Part shown: positions 1 to 8,348 of the stretch, piece by piece | Layout of the letters: each line of letters opens with the position of its first letter | How positions within the stretch are numbered: position 1 is the first letter of the stretch | Assembly: GCA_041288045.1 (NCBI GenBank) | Contig: JBGGMM010000053.1 | Coordinates: 1-18,874 of the forward strand | Reading direction: 5' to 3' | Length of the DNA: 18,874 nt | Source: Pseudobdellovibrionaceae bacterium | GTDB taxonomy: Bacteria; Bdellovibrionota; Bdellovibrionia; Bdellovibrionales; Bdellovibrionaceae | The notes under the pieces: model-generated | What the model saw: the letters and a program-made list of their open reading frames with translations, nothing else | What the model was told of the DNA's origin: nothing | Databases searched by the model: none | Translations under genes and position numbers: made by a program

Positions 1-117
1 TCTTCGATCGATTTCTTTTAAGTGATGCAGAATCTCAGTGAGAAGCTCTCTTTCTTTTTGCACTAAGATTTCTGTATTTGAAAGCAAGCTTTCATCAGAT
101 AATTTTTTTAGATTCAT
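1..117 (-). CDS. 5' part (39 codons, runs off left edge) of a putative DUF222-like/HNH-endonuclease-family protein of the type found in many copies in Bdellovibrionota/Myxococcota
   Basis: Not in ORF track. Manual translation from ATG at 117: MNLKKLSDESLLSNTEILVQKERELLTEILHHLKEIDRR, open to the edge, with GGAGG SD at 122-126. The LSD..LL.....LV..ER.....IL.HL.EI.RR pattern matches my recollection of this family's N-terminus. No nuclease domain is visible in the window. Confidence 0.7.
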   Translation of the reverse strand, partial: MNLKKLSDESLLSNTEILVQKERELLTEILHHLKEIDRR

Positions 118-362
118 AAGGCCTCCGAAACTGAAAGCAACATAGCATAGGTTTTAAAAAGTGAATTTTGCTTAAGCATTTAAACTAAGAAAGAAGACAA
201 AAGAAAAAACACCAAGCTTCTTGCAAGTATCAAAGCAAAGCTCACAGAGAAGAGATCTGTGCGGATAAAGTGAGATTACCAAGGTGTTAGAAAAACAAAT
301 TGCAGAAAAAGAATTCCTGCAAAAACACTGTCAAATAATTATTACTAAATAAAAAACATAAT

Positions 363-474
363 GCAGCGTTTTCTGAACGCCGCAAATTCCCGCAGCCTAA
401 AAATTGCCGCTTCGTTTTCTGAACATCGCGAGAACCGCTGGCCGGAATCTGCTGCAGTGTTTTCTGAACGCCGC
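363..474. repeat. Three direct copies of an imperfectly palindromic 21-bp core, period 46/45 bp
   Basis: GCAGCGTTTTCTGAACGCCGC (363-383), GCTTCGTTTTCTGAACATCGC (409-429), GCAGTGTTTTCTGAACGCCGC (454-474); invariant GTTTTCTGAAC; intervening segments of 25 and 24 bp. Confidence 0.9.
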
Positions 475-487
475 GGGTCTCGCGGAT

Positions 488-1705
488 TTAAATATTCCGT
501 CTCAGCGCATCGACGATTGGCAGTTTGGAAGCTCGCCAAGCTGGGATGATGGTCCCAATGAGAGTTGAAACCAGGCCCAGCACGATCGCGATTCCGTAAG
601 CTGAAGGCACGAAAGTCACGCGAATTGGAACTGGCACCGAACTTCCCGGAAGTTGCATGGAAAATCCAGAGGCATTGATCAATCCCGAAACAAGGACGGC
701 CAGCACGGAGCCAATCACCGAAGCAAAAAGTGAAAGCAAAATCCCTTCGCTAAGAAATTGGAAAACGATCTCCTGCCGACGAAGTCCCAAAGAGCGCAAA
801 GTTCCGATTTCTCCTGTGCGCTCAAAGACTGTCATTCCCACCGTGTTCAAGACGGCCAGAATCGTCAGGGAACTGAGAATGCATTGGATGATAAAATTTT
901 GCACATCGTAAAATTCTTGGACCTGATTGTAGAGGCTGGCCAGATCCCTCCAGGTTTTCACAGTCAATTCCGGCTGAGAGGATTTTATTTTTGCCTGAAA
1001 AGATTCTTTCTCGCTTAAAATTCCGTCCATATCAGCGACTCGGATCACCCAATTTTCAATTTTGTCGGTGTCCAAAAGAGTCTGGGCAATTTTGAGAGGC
1101 ACATAAGCCACCTGATTGTCCACTTCGGCCAGGCTCGTCTGAAAAGTTCCCCGCACTGTGAGATCGATGGCATTGACGACTCCATCCACAGTTTGAGTGA
1201 CAATGGAAACTGTCTCGCCATTTTCAGCTTTCAACCGGCTCTGAAGACCAGTTCCAAGCAAAATTTCTTGGACATCATTGGATGGAAAAGCACCGCCGCC
1301 AAAAAGCTTCACCGCTTTGAAAATGGATTTTTCTTGATCGGGATCATAGCCGACCAGCTGAGCCCCAAACTGTCGATCCCCTTTGCTCACCAAAGCCTGC
1401 AGGGAAAGCCTTGGCGAGATACTCACAAAGCCTGGAAGTTCAGAGACAATTTTTTTGGAATTTTCGGAAAGCTCCGAAAGTTGATCCTTGAGCTTCTCGC
1501 TGCTGGGGGCCCAAAGCTTTTCATTTCCAATTTGCAAATGACCGAACTGGCTTTCCACTCCGAAAATGCGAAGCCCCTGAATGATATTGTAAGAATACCC
1601 GCGAAACACCACCACGGAAACAATCGCCCCTGAAATCGTCAGAAGGCTCAGAGCCGAGCGAGTGCGATGGCGAAAGAGATTGAGAAAAGCCAGTTTCAAA
1701 TTCAC
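488..1705 (-). CDS. ABC transporter permease, FtsX/MacB/LolC-E family (~405 aa)
   Basis: N-terminal LAFLNLFRHRTRSALSLLTI TM segment, large periplasmic domain, C-terminal VFERTGEIGTLRSLG motif with three TMs, ends PAWRASKLPIVDALR. Start moved to GTG at 1705 (GGAG SD upstream; GTGA overlap with ATPase stop). Confidence 0.9.
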   Translation of the reverse strand: MNLKLAFLNLFRHRTRSALSLLTISGAIVSVVVFRGYSYNIIQGLRIFGVESQFGHLQIGNEKLWAPSSEKLKDQLSELSENSKKIVSELPGFVSISPRLSLQALVSKGDRQFGAQLVGYDPDQEKSIFKAVKLFGGGAFPSNDVQEILLGTGLQSRLKAENGETVSIVTQTVDGVVNAIDLTVRGTFQTSLAEVDNQVAYVPLKIAQTLLDTDKIENWVIRVADMDGILSEKESFQAKIKSSQPELTVKTWRDLASLYNQVQEFYDVQNFIIQCILSSLTILAVLNTVGMTVFERTGEIGTLRSLGLRRQEIVFQFLSEGILLSLFASVIGSVLAVLVSGLINASGFSMQLPGSSVPVPIRVTFVPSAYGIAIVLGLVSTLIGTIIPAWRASKLPIVDALRRNI

Positions 1706-2382
1706 GCTTTTCTCCGATCCTGAATCAAATGCCCATCGGACATTTCCAACCACCGAGTCCCATGGCCGATCATACCCGTATCATGAGTGCAAAAAATAAC
1801 CGATCCCTGCTGCTCCTGAAAGAGCTCTTGAATCAGCTGAACAATCTCCTGAGAAGTGTGCACATCCAGGTTGGCTGTTGGCTCATCAGCTAGAATGAGC
1901 TTGGGTCTTTTCACTAAAGCTCTGGCAATCGCCACTCTTTGCCTTTGCCCGCCGCTCAATTGACCGGGCTTTGATTTCATTTGTTTTTCCAAGCCGACTT
2001 TTTTTAAAATCTCATGCACTCGCTCTTTTCTCTCAGCCGTTGGCATTCCCAACATGAGCAAGGGGTACTCGACATTTTCAAAAGCGGAAAGCACAGGAAT
2101 CAAGTTGAAAGTCTGAAAAATAAATCCAATCTGGTGACGTCGCAAAAGCGACACCCTGTCATCGTCCAGGGATCCCATATCCTGATTTTCAAAAATCACT
2201 TTCCCCTGATCCGGATGCTCCAGGCCACCAATAATATTCAAAAGCGTGGTTTTTCCAGAGCCCGAGCGCCCCGAAAGAATGACAAATTCGCGAGGCGCTA
2301 ACTCAAAGGAAACTTTCTCCACTGCCTTTTGTGAAACGGAGCCAATCGAAAATTCTTTGTGGATATCGAGCAATTTGAGCAT
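1702..2382 (-). CDS. ABC transporter ATP-binding protein, LolD/MacB-like
   Basis: Walker A GRSGSGKTT, Q-loop IGFIFQTFNL, signature LSGGQRQRVAIARAL, Walker B LILADEPT, H-loop THD; GGAGG SD. Confidence 0.95.
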   Translation of the reverse strand: MLKLLDIHKEFSIGSVSQKAVEKVSFELAPREFVILSGRSGSGKTTLLNIIGGLEHPDQGKVIFENQDMGSLDDDRVSLLRRHQIGFIFQTFNLIPVLSAFENVEYPLLMLGMPTAERKERVHEILKKVGLEKQMKSKPGQLSGGQRQRVAIARALVKRPKLILADEPTANLDVHTSQEIVQLIQELFQEQQGSVIFCTHDTGMIGHGTRWLEMSDGHLIQDRRKA

Positions 2383-2394
2383 CTGTCCTCCATC

Positions 2395-3660
2395 TTAAAA
2401 AGCGTGATTGAGTTGCAAAAATCCGCGGTTGAGATCTTTCCAAACTGCGCCCTGACTGTTCTCAGGTCCAGCTGAAGCCTCATAGGCCAATGCCATTTCA
2501 ACTGTCTTCGTCACTGGCCAAGAAAAAGAATAACGCTGGAACAAAGAGCGATCGGATTCATGATAAAGCGCCATCGCCTGTAAAACCGTGTCCGTGCGAA
2601 AAGTGTAATTCAAAGAAGCAAAAGAAAGATTTTCGACTTGCTCTCTCTCGAGCCCTTCCACATCTTCAGCCAAAGAAGAAACAGAAGCTTGCAGAGAAAA
2701 AGAAAATTTGTCCCAAGCCGGAGAATCCAAACCCAGAGTCAGCGCTTTTTCGTCCAAGTCCACAGTTGAGAGAGTTCCCGCATCCAGCCGATTCCAACGC
2801 CGCTGGGGAACTTCCATGTATTCCAGTCGAAAAAGAAAATCAAAAACACTGAAGCTTGTGGTCAAACCGCGAGGTGAGATTTTTTTCTGATCGCCGATCA
2901 ACTCAATATCAGTGATCGTCGATGTCGGCGCCACTGTGTACGTGAGCTTTCGATCGGCCAGGGAAAAATAAAAAGCAGAAATATCAAAACCCTCTCCGGC
3001 CCAAGTCAAACGCCCGCCAGCATCCTGGCTGCTCTCGAAATTTTCAGGATTTTCCACTTGCACTGTCTGACCCGGCACAAGAGTGAAATCCACTCGCGCC
3101 CATCTTGAAAAGGGAGGAGCAAGGTCATGCTGAGCAAAAGGCATGTAAACAACCTGCAGCGAAAGATGCTCGCCGGAAAGAATCAGATTGGCGGCCGGCG
3201 CACTTCGATAGACTTGATCAGGAGGATCAAAAAGCGAAGCTCGGTAATCTCTCGCATTGATAAAATTTGTGTAAGAAAGCCCAATCCCCTCTTGCCAGGA
3301 AATCTGCTGATATCCCAATCGCAAAAGAGCCGGCCCCGTCGCCGCTTGCAGGTAAATATCACCAGGCCATACTTCGGAGATTTCTTTTCTTTGCTCCACA
3401 TTGTCCTGCGCTTGAATCAAATCCGCTTTCGAATTTCCGGCGAAAGCATAAATCTGGGCCCGCCCAGCGAACGAAGAATTGAATTCTGCTTTTTGCTGAG
3501 CAAAGAGCCAATTGTCAAAGCCAGGGCCCAAATCATCATTGTCTGTGTACTGAAAAAACCGATGATAGGATTTGCCTGAAAAAGAAAAGCGCGACTTGGC
3601 CTCAACCTTAGGACTCAAAATGAGAGCGAAGGTGAAAGCCCAGCCAAAAAATCGTTTCAT
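2395..3660 (-). CDS. Putative outer-membrane beta-barrel protein (421 aa)
   Basis: Signal peptide ending VEA; alternating aromatic/hydrophobic strands; C-terminal FLQLNHAF beta-signal with terminal Phe; ATGA overlap with upstream gene. Confidence 0.75.
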   Translation of the reverse strand: MKRFFGWAFTFALILSPKVEAKSRFSFSGKSYHRFFQYTDNDDLGPGFDNWLFAQQKAEFNSSFAGRAQIYAFAGNSKADLIQAQDNVEQRKEISEVWPGDIYLQAATGPALLRLGYQQISWQEGIGLSYTNFINARDYRASLFDPPDQVYRSAPAANLILSGEHLSLQVVYMPFAQHDLAPPFSRWARVDFTLVPGQTVQVENPENFESSQDAGGRLTWAGEGFDISAFYFSLADRKLTYTVAPTSTITDIELIGDQKKISPRGLTTSFSVFDFLFRLEYMEVPQRRWNRLDAGTLSTVDLDEKALTLGLDSPAWDKFSFSLQASVSSLAEDVEGLEREQVENLSFASLNYTFRTDTVLQAMALYHESDRSLFQRYSFSWPVTKTVEMALAYEASAGPENSQGAVWKDLNRGFLQLNHAF

Positions 3661-4379
3661 CGATCCATCTGCTCTTTGTTAAAAAGACTGTCGGGAAATG
3701 ACTGTGACTTTTGCTCGGAATAAAGAAGAATTGATTTCTTGCTGGGAACAACGGCGTCTTGAATGATGACTTTGCTCATCCGCTCGGTGCCTTCAATTTT
3801 TTTGAAATCAGAGAAAGTGGCCGTCTTCATCAGCTTTCCACTGAGCGCATAGAACTCGGCCTTCAGCGGACGAAAATTCTGCTTTGAAATCCAATATTTG
3901 ATTTTTGCGTAAGTCACACGTTTGTCATTGGCAGTGAGATCTAAAATCGTCGCCTGTGAAGCCGCATCTTCGCCGCTGAGCTTGGCTTCATAGTCATGAG
4001 CATAATTGGTTCTTGAAATGTCCCCATTGGCCACATCCCCCGTGAGCTTTTGCGCCAGGCTGATGCGCACAGGCTTTTTCACTTGTGGAGTGAAGAGCCA
4101 CATAGCAAGACCCTTCATCAAAAGCTTTCGTCCCTGCGCACGGGCAGGAGAAATCTGCTCCACCAGGGATGTGTCCGCATCTCTGACTTTCACTGAATAA
4201 ATAGCTTCAGATCGATCGGCACCATCCTGGACCAAAGCCTTAACCTTCATTGAAAAGGAATTCTGCAGGCCCCGACGAAGGTCAGCCTTTTTCACCAATT
4301 CTTGAGCAGCCGAATCGGCAAAAAGAGGCTGTTGAAAGGCCAAAATGAAAATAATTGCAATAGAAGCTAGACGAATCAT
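3657..4379 (-). CDS. Outer-membrane lipoprotein-sorting (LolA-like) periplasmic protein
   Basis: Signal peptide, then AQELVKKAD...QGRKLLMKGLAMWLFTPQVKKPVRIS...GDVANGDI...YAKIKYWI...KAEFYALSGKLMK...FPDSLF, typical of the LolA_like family found beside FtsX-type ABC transporters; GGAG SD. Confidence 0.8.
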   Translation of the reverse strand: MIRLASIAIIFILAFQQPLFADSAAQELVKKADLRRGLQNSFSMKVKALVQDGADRSEAIYSVKVRDADTSLVEQISPARAQGRKLLMKGLAMWLFTPQVKKPVRISLAQKLTGDVANGDISRTNYAHDYEAKLSGEDAASQATILDLTANDKRVTYAKIKYWISKQNFRPLKAEFYALSGKLMKTATFSDFKKIEGTERMSKVIIQDAVVPSKKSILLYSEQKSQSFPDSLFNKEQMDR

Positions 4380-4454
4380 GATGACACTCCAAGGTCATCA
4401 GTCTGCCTCTGAGAAAGTGCTCAGACAAGACCAGTTCCTAGCCCTTAAAAAAGC

Positions 4455-4486
4455 AAAAAAAAACGGGAAGCCCAAGCTTCCCGTTT
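4455..4486 (-). terminator. Rho-independent terminator downstream of dnaK
   Basis: Minus strand AAACGGGAAGC-TTGG-GCTTCCCGTTT followed by a T-run; perfect 11-bp stem. Confidence 0.9.
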
Positions 4487-4549
4487 CGCTCCGCCAGTCA
4501 GTGGATCTGATCTCATGAAAGAGTCTTCACCACCTCAAGACCGGAGGTT

Positions 4550-6478
4550 TTAGTTCACATCTTTGTAATCAGCATCGATGACATCATCATCTTTCTTTTC
4601 TGATGAGCCACTAGCTGATTCGCCACCTGCTGCTCCACCACCCTGATCTCCACCAGCTCCACCGCCTGCTTGTCCGCCGGCATTTTTATAGAGCTCAGAA
4701 GTGATCTTGTGAGTGATCGTTTGCAGCTTTTGCGCTTCGGCCTCAAGAACAGAAACAGCGGCCTCTTTGTCCTCAAGCACTTTGCGAGCGGACACCAAAG
4801 CTTCTTCGGCTGATTTCTTATCGGCTTCAGGCAGAGTGGCATTGTCTTTCAAAAGCTTTTCCGTCTGATAAACCAAGTTGTCCAAACCATTTCGAGCCGT
4901 GGCCGCTTTGGTTCTTTCTTCGTCATCTTTCGAATGCTCTTCGGCATCGCGAACTGCTTTTTTGATTTCTTCTTCAGACAATCCGCTTTGCGCTGTGATT
5001 TTAATCTGCTGAGTTTTGCCTGAGCTCAGATCTTTCGCTGAGACATGCAAAATCCCATTGGCATCGATATCAAATGTCACTTCCACTTGCGGAACACCTC
5101 GCGGTGCTGGCGGAATACCGACCAGCTCAAAACGCCCTAGCGTTTTGTTATCGCTAGCCATTTTGCGCTCCCCTTGCAGAACATGAATGTCCACCGCTGG
5201 CTGATTGTCAGCAGCAGTTGAGAACACTTGTGATTTCTTCGAAGGAATCGTGGTGTTGCGCTCAATCAGAGCCGTCATCACACCGCCCAGAGTTTCAATA
5301 CCCAAGGACAGAGGAGTCACATCCAACAGCAGAACGTCTTTGACATCACCGGCAAGCACGCCCCCTTGAACTGCAGCTCCGACAGCCACAACTTCATCTG
5401 GATTCACAGATCGATTGGGTTCTTTGCCAAAGAAGTCCTTGACTGCTTTTTGAATGGCAGGAATACGAGTCGATCCCCCCACCAAAACGACTTCATCAAT
5501 CTCAGTTGTTTTCAATCCCGCATCGCTCAGAGCTTTTTTGCAAGGCTCAATCGAGCGCTTGATCAGATCTTCAACCATCTGCTCAAACCGAGAGCGAGAC
5601 AGTTTCACTTGCAAATGCTTAGGACCTGATTGATCGGCAGTGATGAAGGGCAGATTGATTTCTGTATCTTGCGCAGTTGAAAGTTCGATTTTGGCTTTTT
5701 CAGCTGCTTCTTTCAAACGCTGCAAAGCCATTTTGTCATTGCGAAGATCAATGCCCTGATCTTTTTTAAATTCGGCAATCAACCATTCAAGAATTTTCGT
5801 ATCAAAGTTGTCACCACCCAAGTGAGTGTCCCCATTGGTGGAACGAACTTCGACAACTCCGTCGCCAACCTCGAGGATGGAAATATCAAATGTACCTCCC
5901 CCGAAATCGTAGATGGCGATTTTTTCATTTGTTTTCTTATCCAAACCGTAAGCCAAAGCGGCGGCTGTCGGCTCATTGATAATTCGTTTCACATCCAAAC
6001 CGGCGATTCGGCCCGCGTCTTTTGTCGCCTGCCTTTGCGCATCGTTGAAGTAAGCCGGAACCGTCACCACAGCTTCAGTCACCGGTTCGCCGAGATAGTC
6101 TTCGGCCACTTTTTTCAGTTTGGCCAAAACCGCAGCTCCGATTTCTTCGGGAGAAACAGTTTTGCCACCTTGAATTTTAAAAGCGATGTCATTGCCTTTT
6201 TCGACCACATTGTAAGGGACGAGTTTGGTTTCTTCTTGAACTTCAGAATATCGGCGGCCGATAAAACGCTTCGCCGAATAAATTGTGTTTTCTGGATTTG
6301 TCACTGCTTGCCGCTTGGCGATTTGCCCAACCAAACGTTCGCCGTCTTTGGTGTAAGCGACAACGGATGGAGTGGTTCGGGCTCCCTCTTCATTCACCAA
6401 AACTTTGGGCTCCCCGCCCTCCATAATGGCAACACAAGAGTTCGTCGTTCCCAAGTCGATCCCAATAATTTTACCCAT
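4550..6478 (-). CDS. dnaK: Chaperone DnaK (Hsp70), 642 aa
   Basis: [63 protein letters not shown], acidic tail [13 protein letters not shown]. Start set at ATG 6478 (GAGGTG SD). Confidence 0.99.
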   Translation of the reverse strand: MGKIIGIDLGTTNSCVAIMEGGEPKVLVNEEGARTTPSVVAYTKDGERLVGQIAKRQAVTNPENTIYSAKRFIGRRYSEVQEETKLVPYNVVEKGNDIAFKIQGGKTVSPEEIGAAVLAKLKKVAEDYLGEPVTEAVVTVPAYFNDAQRQATKDAGRIAGLDVKRIINEPTAAALAYGLDKKTNEKIAIYDFGGGTFDISILEVGDGVVEVRSTNGDTHLGGDNFDTKILEWLIAEFKKDQGIDLRNDKMALQRLKEAAEKAKIELSTAQDTEINLPFITADQSGPKHLQVKLSRSRFEQMVEDLIKRSIEPCKKALSDAGLKTTEIDEVVLVGGSTRIPAIQKAVKDFFGKEPNRSVNPDEVVAVGAAVQGGVLAGDVKDVLLLDVTPLSLGIETLGGVMTALIERNTTIPSKKSQVFSTAADNQPAVDIHVLQGERKMASDNKTLGRFELVGIPPAPRGVPQVEVTFDIDANGILHVSAKDLSSGKTQQIKITAQSGLSEEEIKKAVRDAEEHSKDDEERTKAATARNGLDNLVYQTEKLLKDNATLPEADKKSAEEALVSARKVLEDKEAAVSVLEAEAQKLQTITHKITSELYKNAGGQAGGGAGGDQGGGAAGGESASGSSEKKDDDVIDADYKDVN

Positions 6479-6506
6479 ATCTTTCACCTCATTGTTGACA
6501 CACACA

Positions 6507-6534
6507 ATGTGGGTGGGATTGGGAAATCGTCAAG
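6507..6534 (-). promoter_or_regulatory. RpoH (sigma32)-like promoter of dnaK
   Basis: CTTGAC-N15-CCCACAT versus the sigma32 consensus CTTGAA-N13-17-CCCCATnT, in the dnaJ-dnaK gap. Confidence 0.65.
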
Positions 6535-6543
6535 GCGCTTCGA

Positions 6544-7650
6544 TTATTTTTTCTTCTTAAAAAATCCCGGGCTGGAACAGCCCACCTGGACGCCTTGCAT
6601 ATCTGCCAATTCTTTCAGCAGCTCTTCTTCTTTTTTCGAGAGCTTTTGCGGAAATTGGACGCCAATATGGACATAGAGATCGCCCCTTCGGCCACTTCGC
6701 AAGGAGGGCACTCCTTCACCAGAAAGCTTGAGCGTTTCGCCCACTTGCGTGCCTTTCGGGACCTCTAGCAAAGCCTTGCCAGTGACCGTTTCCAGCTCGA
6801 TTTCGCCACCCAAAAGCAGCTGCAGGTAAGGGACTTCAAATTTTCTGTAAAGATTTTCACCATCTCGCTCAAACCGTTCATCTTCAGCCACCCGAATTTC
6901 GACATACAGATCCCCGGAAGGACCCGACAGGTAGCCGCCCTCCCCTTCACCGGAAACTCGCAAGCGAGTGCCAGTATCAACCCCGGGAGGAATGGTGATT
7001 TTGATTTTTCGATGCTGCTTTTGCCGGCCGCTGCCCCGGCACTGTTTGCAGGGATTTTTCACCACAGTCCCTTGCCCTTGGCAGGTCGGACAGGTGGTCG
7101 CCATTTGAAAGAAGCCTTGGGACACCCGAACCTGCCCATGTCCACCGCAAGTGGCGCAGGTTTCCGGCTTTGAGCCGCGCTCGGCACCAGAGCCTTTGCA
7201 GGATTCACAAGTCTCTTCAGTGTCAAATTCAATGTCTCTTTCCACACCGGAGACGACTTCTGCCAAAGTGACTTCTGTCAGGTAGCGAAGATCCGAGCCC
7301 CGCCGAGCTTGAGTGCGAGAGCGGCCCGAACGGGAGCTATTGCCCCCCATGCCGCCAAAAAAATCGCCAAAAATATCCCCGAAACTGGAAAAGATATCGT
7401 CCACATCAGAAAAACCGCGCCCCCCGCCCTGTTGAAAAGCGGCATGTCCAAAGCGATCGTATTTGGCGCGTTTGTCAGGGTCGCCTAAAACTTCGTAGGC
7501 CGAAGCGGCCTCTTTAAAGCGATCTTCAGCTTCTTTATTGCCCGGATTTTTATCGGGATGAAACTGCATGGCGAGCTTGCGGTAGGCCTTTTTGATCGTG
7601 TCCTGGTCGGCACTGCGTTCAACGCCGAGCACTTCGTAAAAATCACGCAT
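6544..7650 (-). CDS. dnaJ: Chaperone DnaJ (class A)
   Basis: J-domain with HPD, G/F-rich region, four CxxCxGxG motifs ([32 protein letters not shown]), C-terminal domain. Confidence 0.98.
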   Translation of the reverse strand: MRDFYEVLGVERSADQDTIKKAYRKLAMQFHPDKNPGNKEAEDRFKEAASAYEVLGDPDKRAKYDRFGHAAFQQGGGRGFSDVDDIFSSFGDIFGDFFGGMGGNSSRSGRSRTQARRGSDLRYLTEVTLAEVVSGVERDIEFDTEETCESCKGSGAERGSKPETCATCGGHGQVRVSQGFFQMATTCPTCQGQGTVVKNPCKQCRGSGRQKQHRKIKITIPPGVDTGTRLRVSGEGEGGYLSGPSGDLYVEIRVAEDERFERDGENLYRKFEVPYLQLLLGGEIELETVTGKALLEVPKGTQVGETLKLSGEGVPSLRSGRRGDLYVHIGVQFPQKLSKKEEELLKELADMQGVQVGCSSPGFFKKKK

Positions 7651-7659
7651 AGTGGGATC

Positions 7660-7688
7660 AATATGGGAAGCGAATCCGGGGATGTCAA
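7660..7688 (-). promoter_or_regulatory. Promoter of dnaJ (sigma32-like, also readable as sigma70)
   Basis: TTGAC-N16-CCCATAT (or TTGACA-N17-CATATT) directly after the upstream stop codon; only 9-10 nt to the ATG; no SD. Confidence 0.65.
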
Positions 7689-8348
7689 CTATTCGTCAGT
7701 GATGCCTAATTTTTCGCGCATTCGTTTCAAGACATACTCTTGAAGACCCTGCTTTTTCATATCGTGATAGAGCCGAAGGGCAATGTCTTTTTGGCCTGAA
7801 TCGGTGTAAAGCCGTGAGGCCAGGGAATAAAGCCAAGAACCCTCCAAACCTTGAATCTGTGCGGCTCTCAGAAAAAATTGAGCGGCTTTGGCTTTGTTTT
7901 TTTCTTCGATGTAAGCATGCGTCCCAGCGCGGTAGTAAAGGGCAAAGTCGTCTTTAAAAATAGCGGTGCCTTTTTGATAGATTCGAGCAGCTCCCTCGAT
8001 GTCCGAGAGAAGCACTGACAGCGCCACCCCTCCCTCTTTGTAGATAGGGAGATGATCAGGAGCCAAAGTGGTGGCTCGGTCCAACATTTGAAAGAGCCAG
8101 CTGTTTCCCGTGCATTTTTGTTTGCTGATTTCATTTTCGCAAAAATCAATGTCTTGAATGGCGCGAATCCACAGATTGTCAGCAAGAGGCATTTGAAAGC
8201 CAAAGCTGAAAAATTCAAGATGTGGCGGAGGCGCGATAAAGGCTTTGTTCTCAGCAACAGGCGGAGCCCGAAAAGAAAATTGGGAGACTGCAATCAATGC
8301 AGCTCCCAATAAAAATAGTCCTAAGATCAAAAAACGATTACTGAACAC
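7689..8348 (-). CDS. Pilin-associated membrane-anchored TPR-like protein (Myxococcus PilG / Geobacter XapA-like)
   Basis: N-terminal hydrophobic anchor, [11 protein letters not shown] motif, Cys pair, Ala/Tyr-rich TPR-like helices; overlaps the pilin gene by 11 bp. The position directly after pilA mirrors pilG/xapA in deltaproteobacterial loci. Confidence 0.6.
   Translation of the reverse strand: MFSNRFLILGLFLLGAALIAVSQFSFRAPPVAENKAFIAPPPHLEFFSFGFQMPLADNLWIRAIQDIDFCENEISKQKCTGNSWLFQMLDRATTLAPDHLPIYKEGGVALSVLLSDIEGAARIYQKGTAIFKDDFALYYRAGTHAYIEEKNKAKAAQFFLRAAQIQGLEGSWLYSLASRLYTDSGQKDIALRLYHDMKKQGLQEYVLKRMREKLGITDE

Noticed and set aside
363..474. Bona fide CRISPR array or TIGR array
   Set aside because: Only three degenerate 21-bp repeats, intervening segments resemble each other, and no cas gene is visible. 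The 45/46-bp period and single conserved block do not fit the 36-nt dual-repeat TIGR layout. Kept as an unclassified repeat.
345..549. Short ORFs 345..539 (-) and 361..549 (+) across the repeats
   Set aside because: They overlap the permease 3' end, have no convincing SD, and their periodic peptide (FSE.R) merely reflects the DNA repeat.
1706..1753. ORF-track N-terminal extensions of the permease (also dnaK 6479-6505 and slt 12910-12975)
   Set aside because: Downstream starts have better SD, overlap or signal-peptide context; the extensions cover the upstream gene, UTR or promoter.
4487..4549. Possible structured sRNA in the dnaK 3' UTR (CTCCG/CGGAG and other 4-5-bp stems)
   Set aside because: Stems are short and mutually competing; no recognisable RNA family.
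4610..4685. Gly/Ala-rich low-complexity repeat-like DNA
   Set aside because: Encodes the ordinary disordered C-terminal tail of DnaK.
5822..6676. 284-aa plus-strand ORF opposite dnaK
   Set aside because: Well-known antisense shadow frame of hsp70 genes caused by codon bias; no independent signals.
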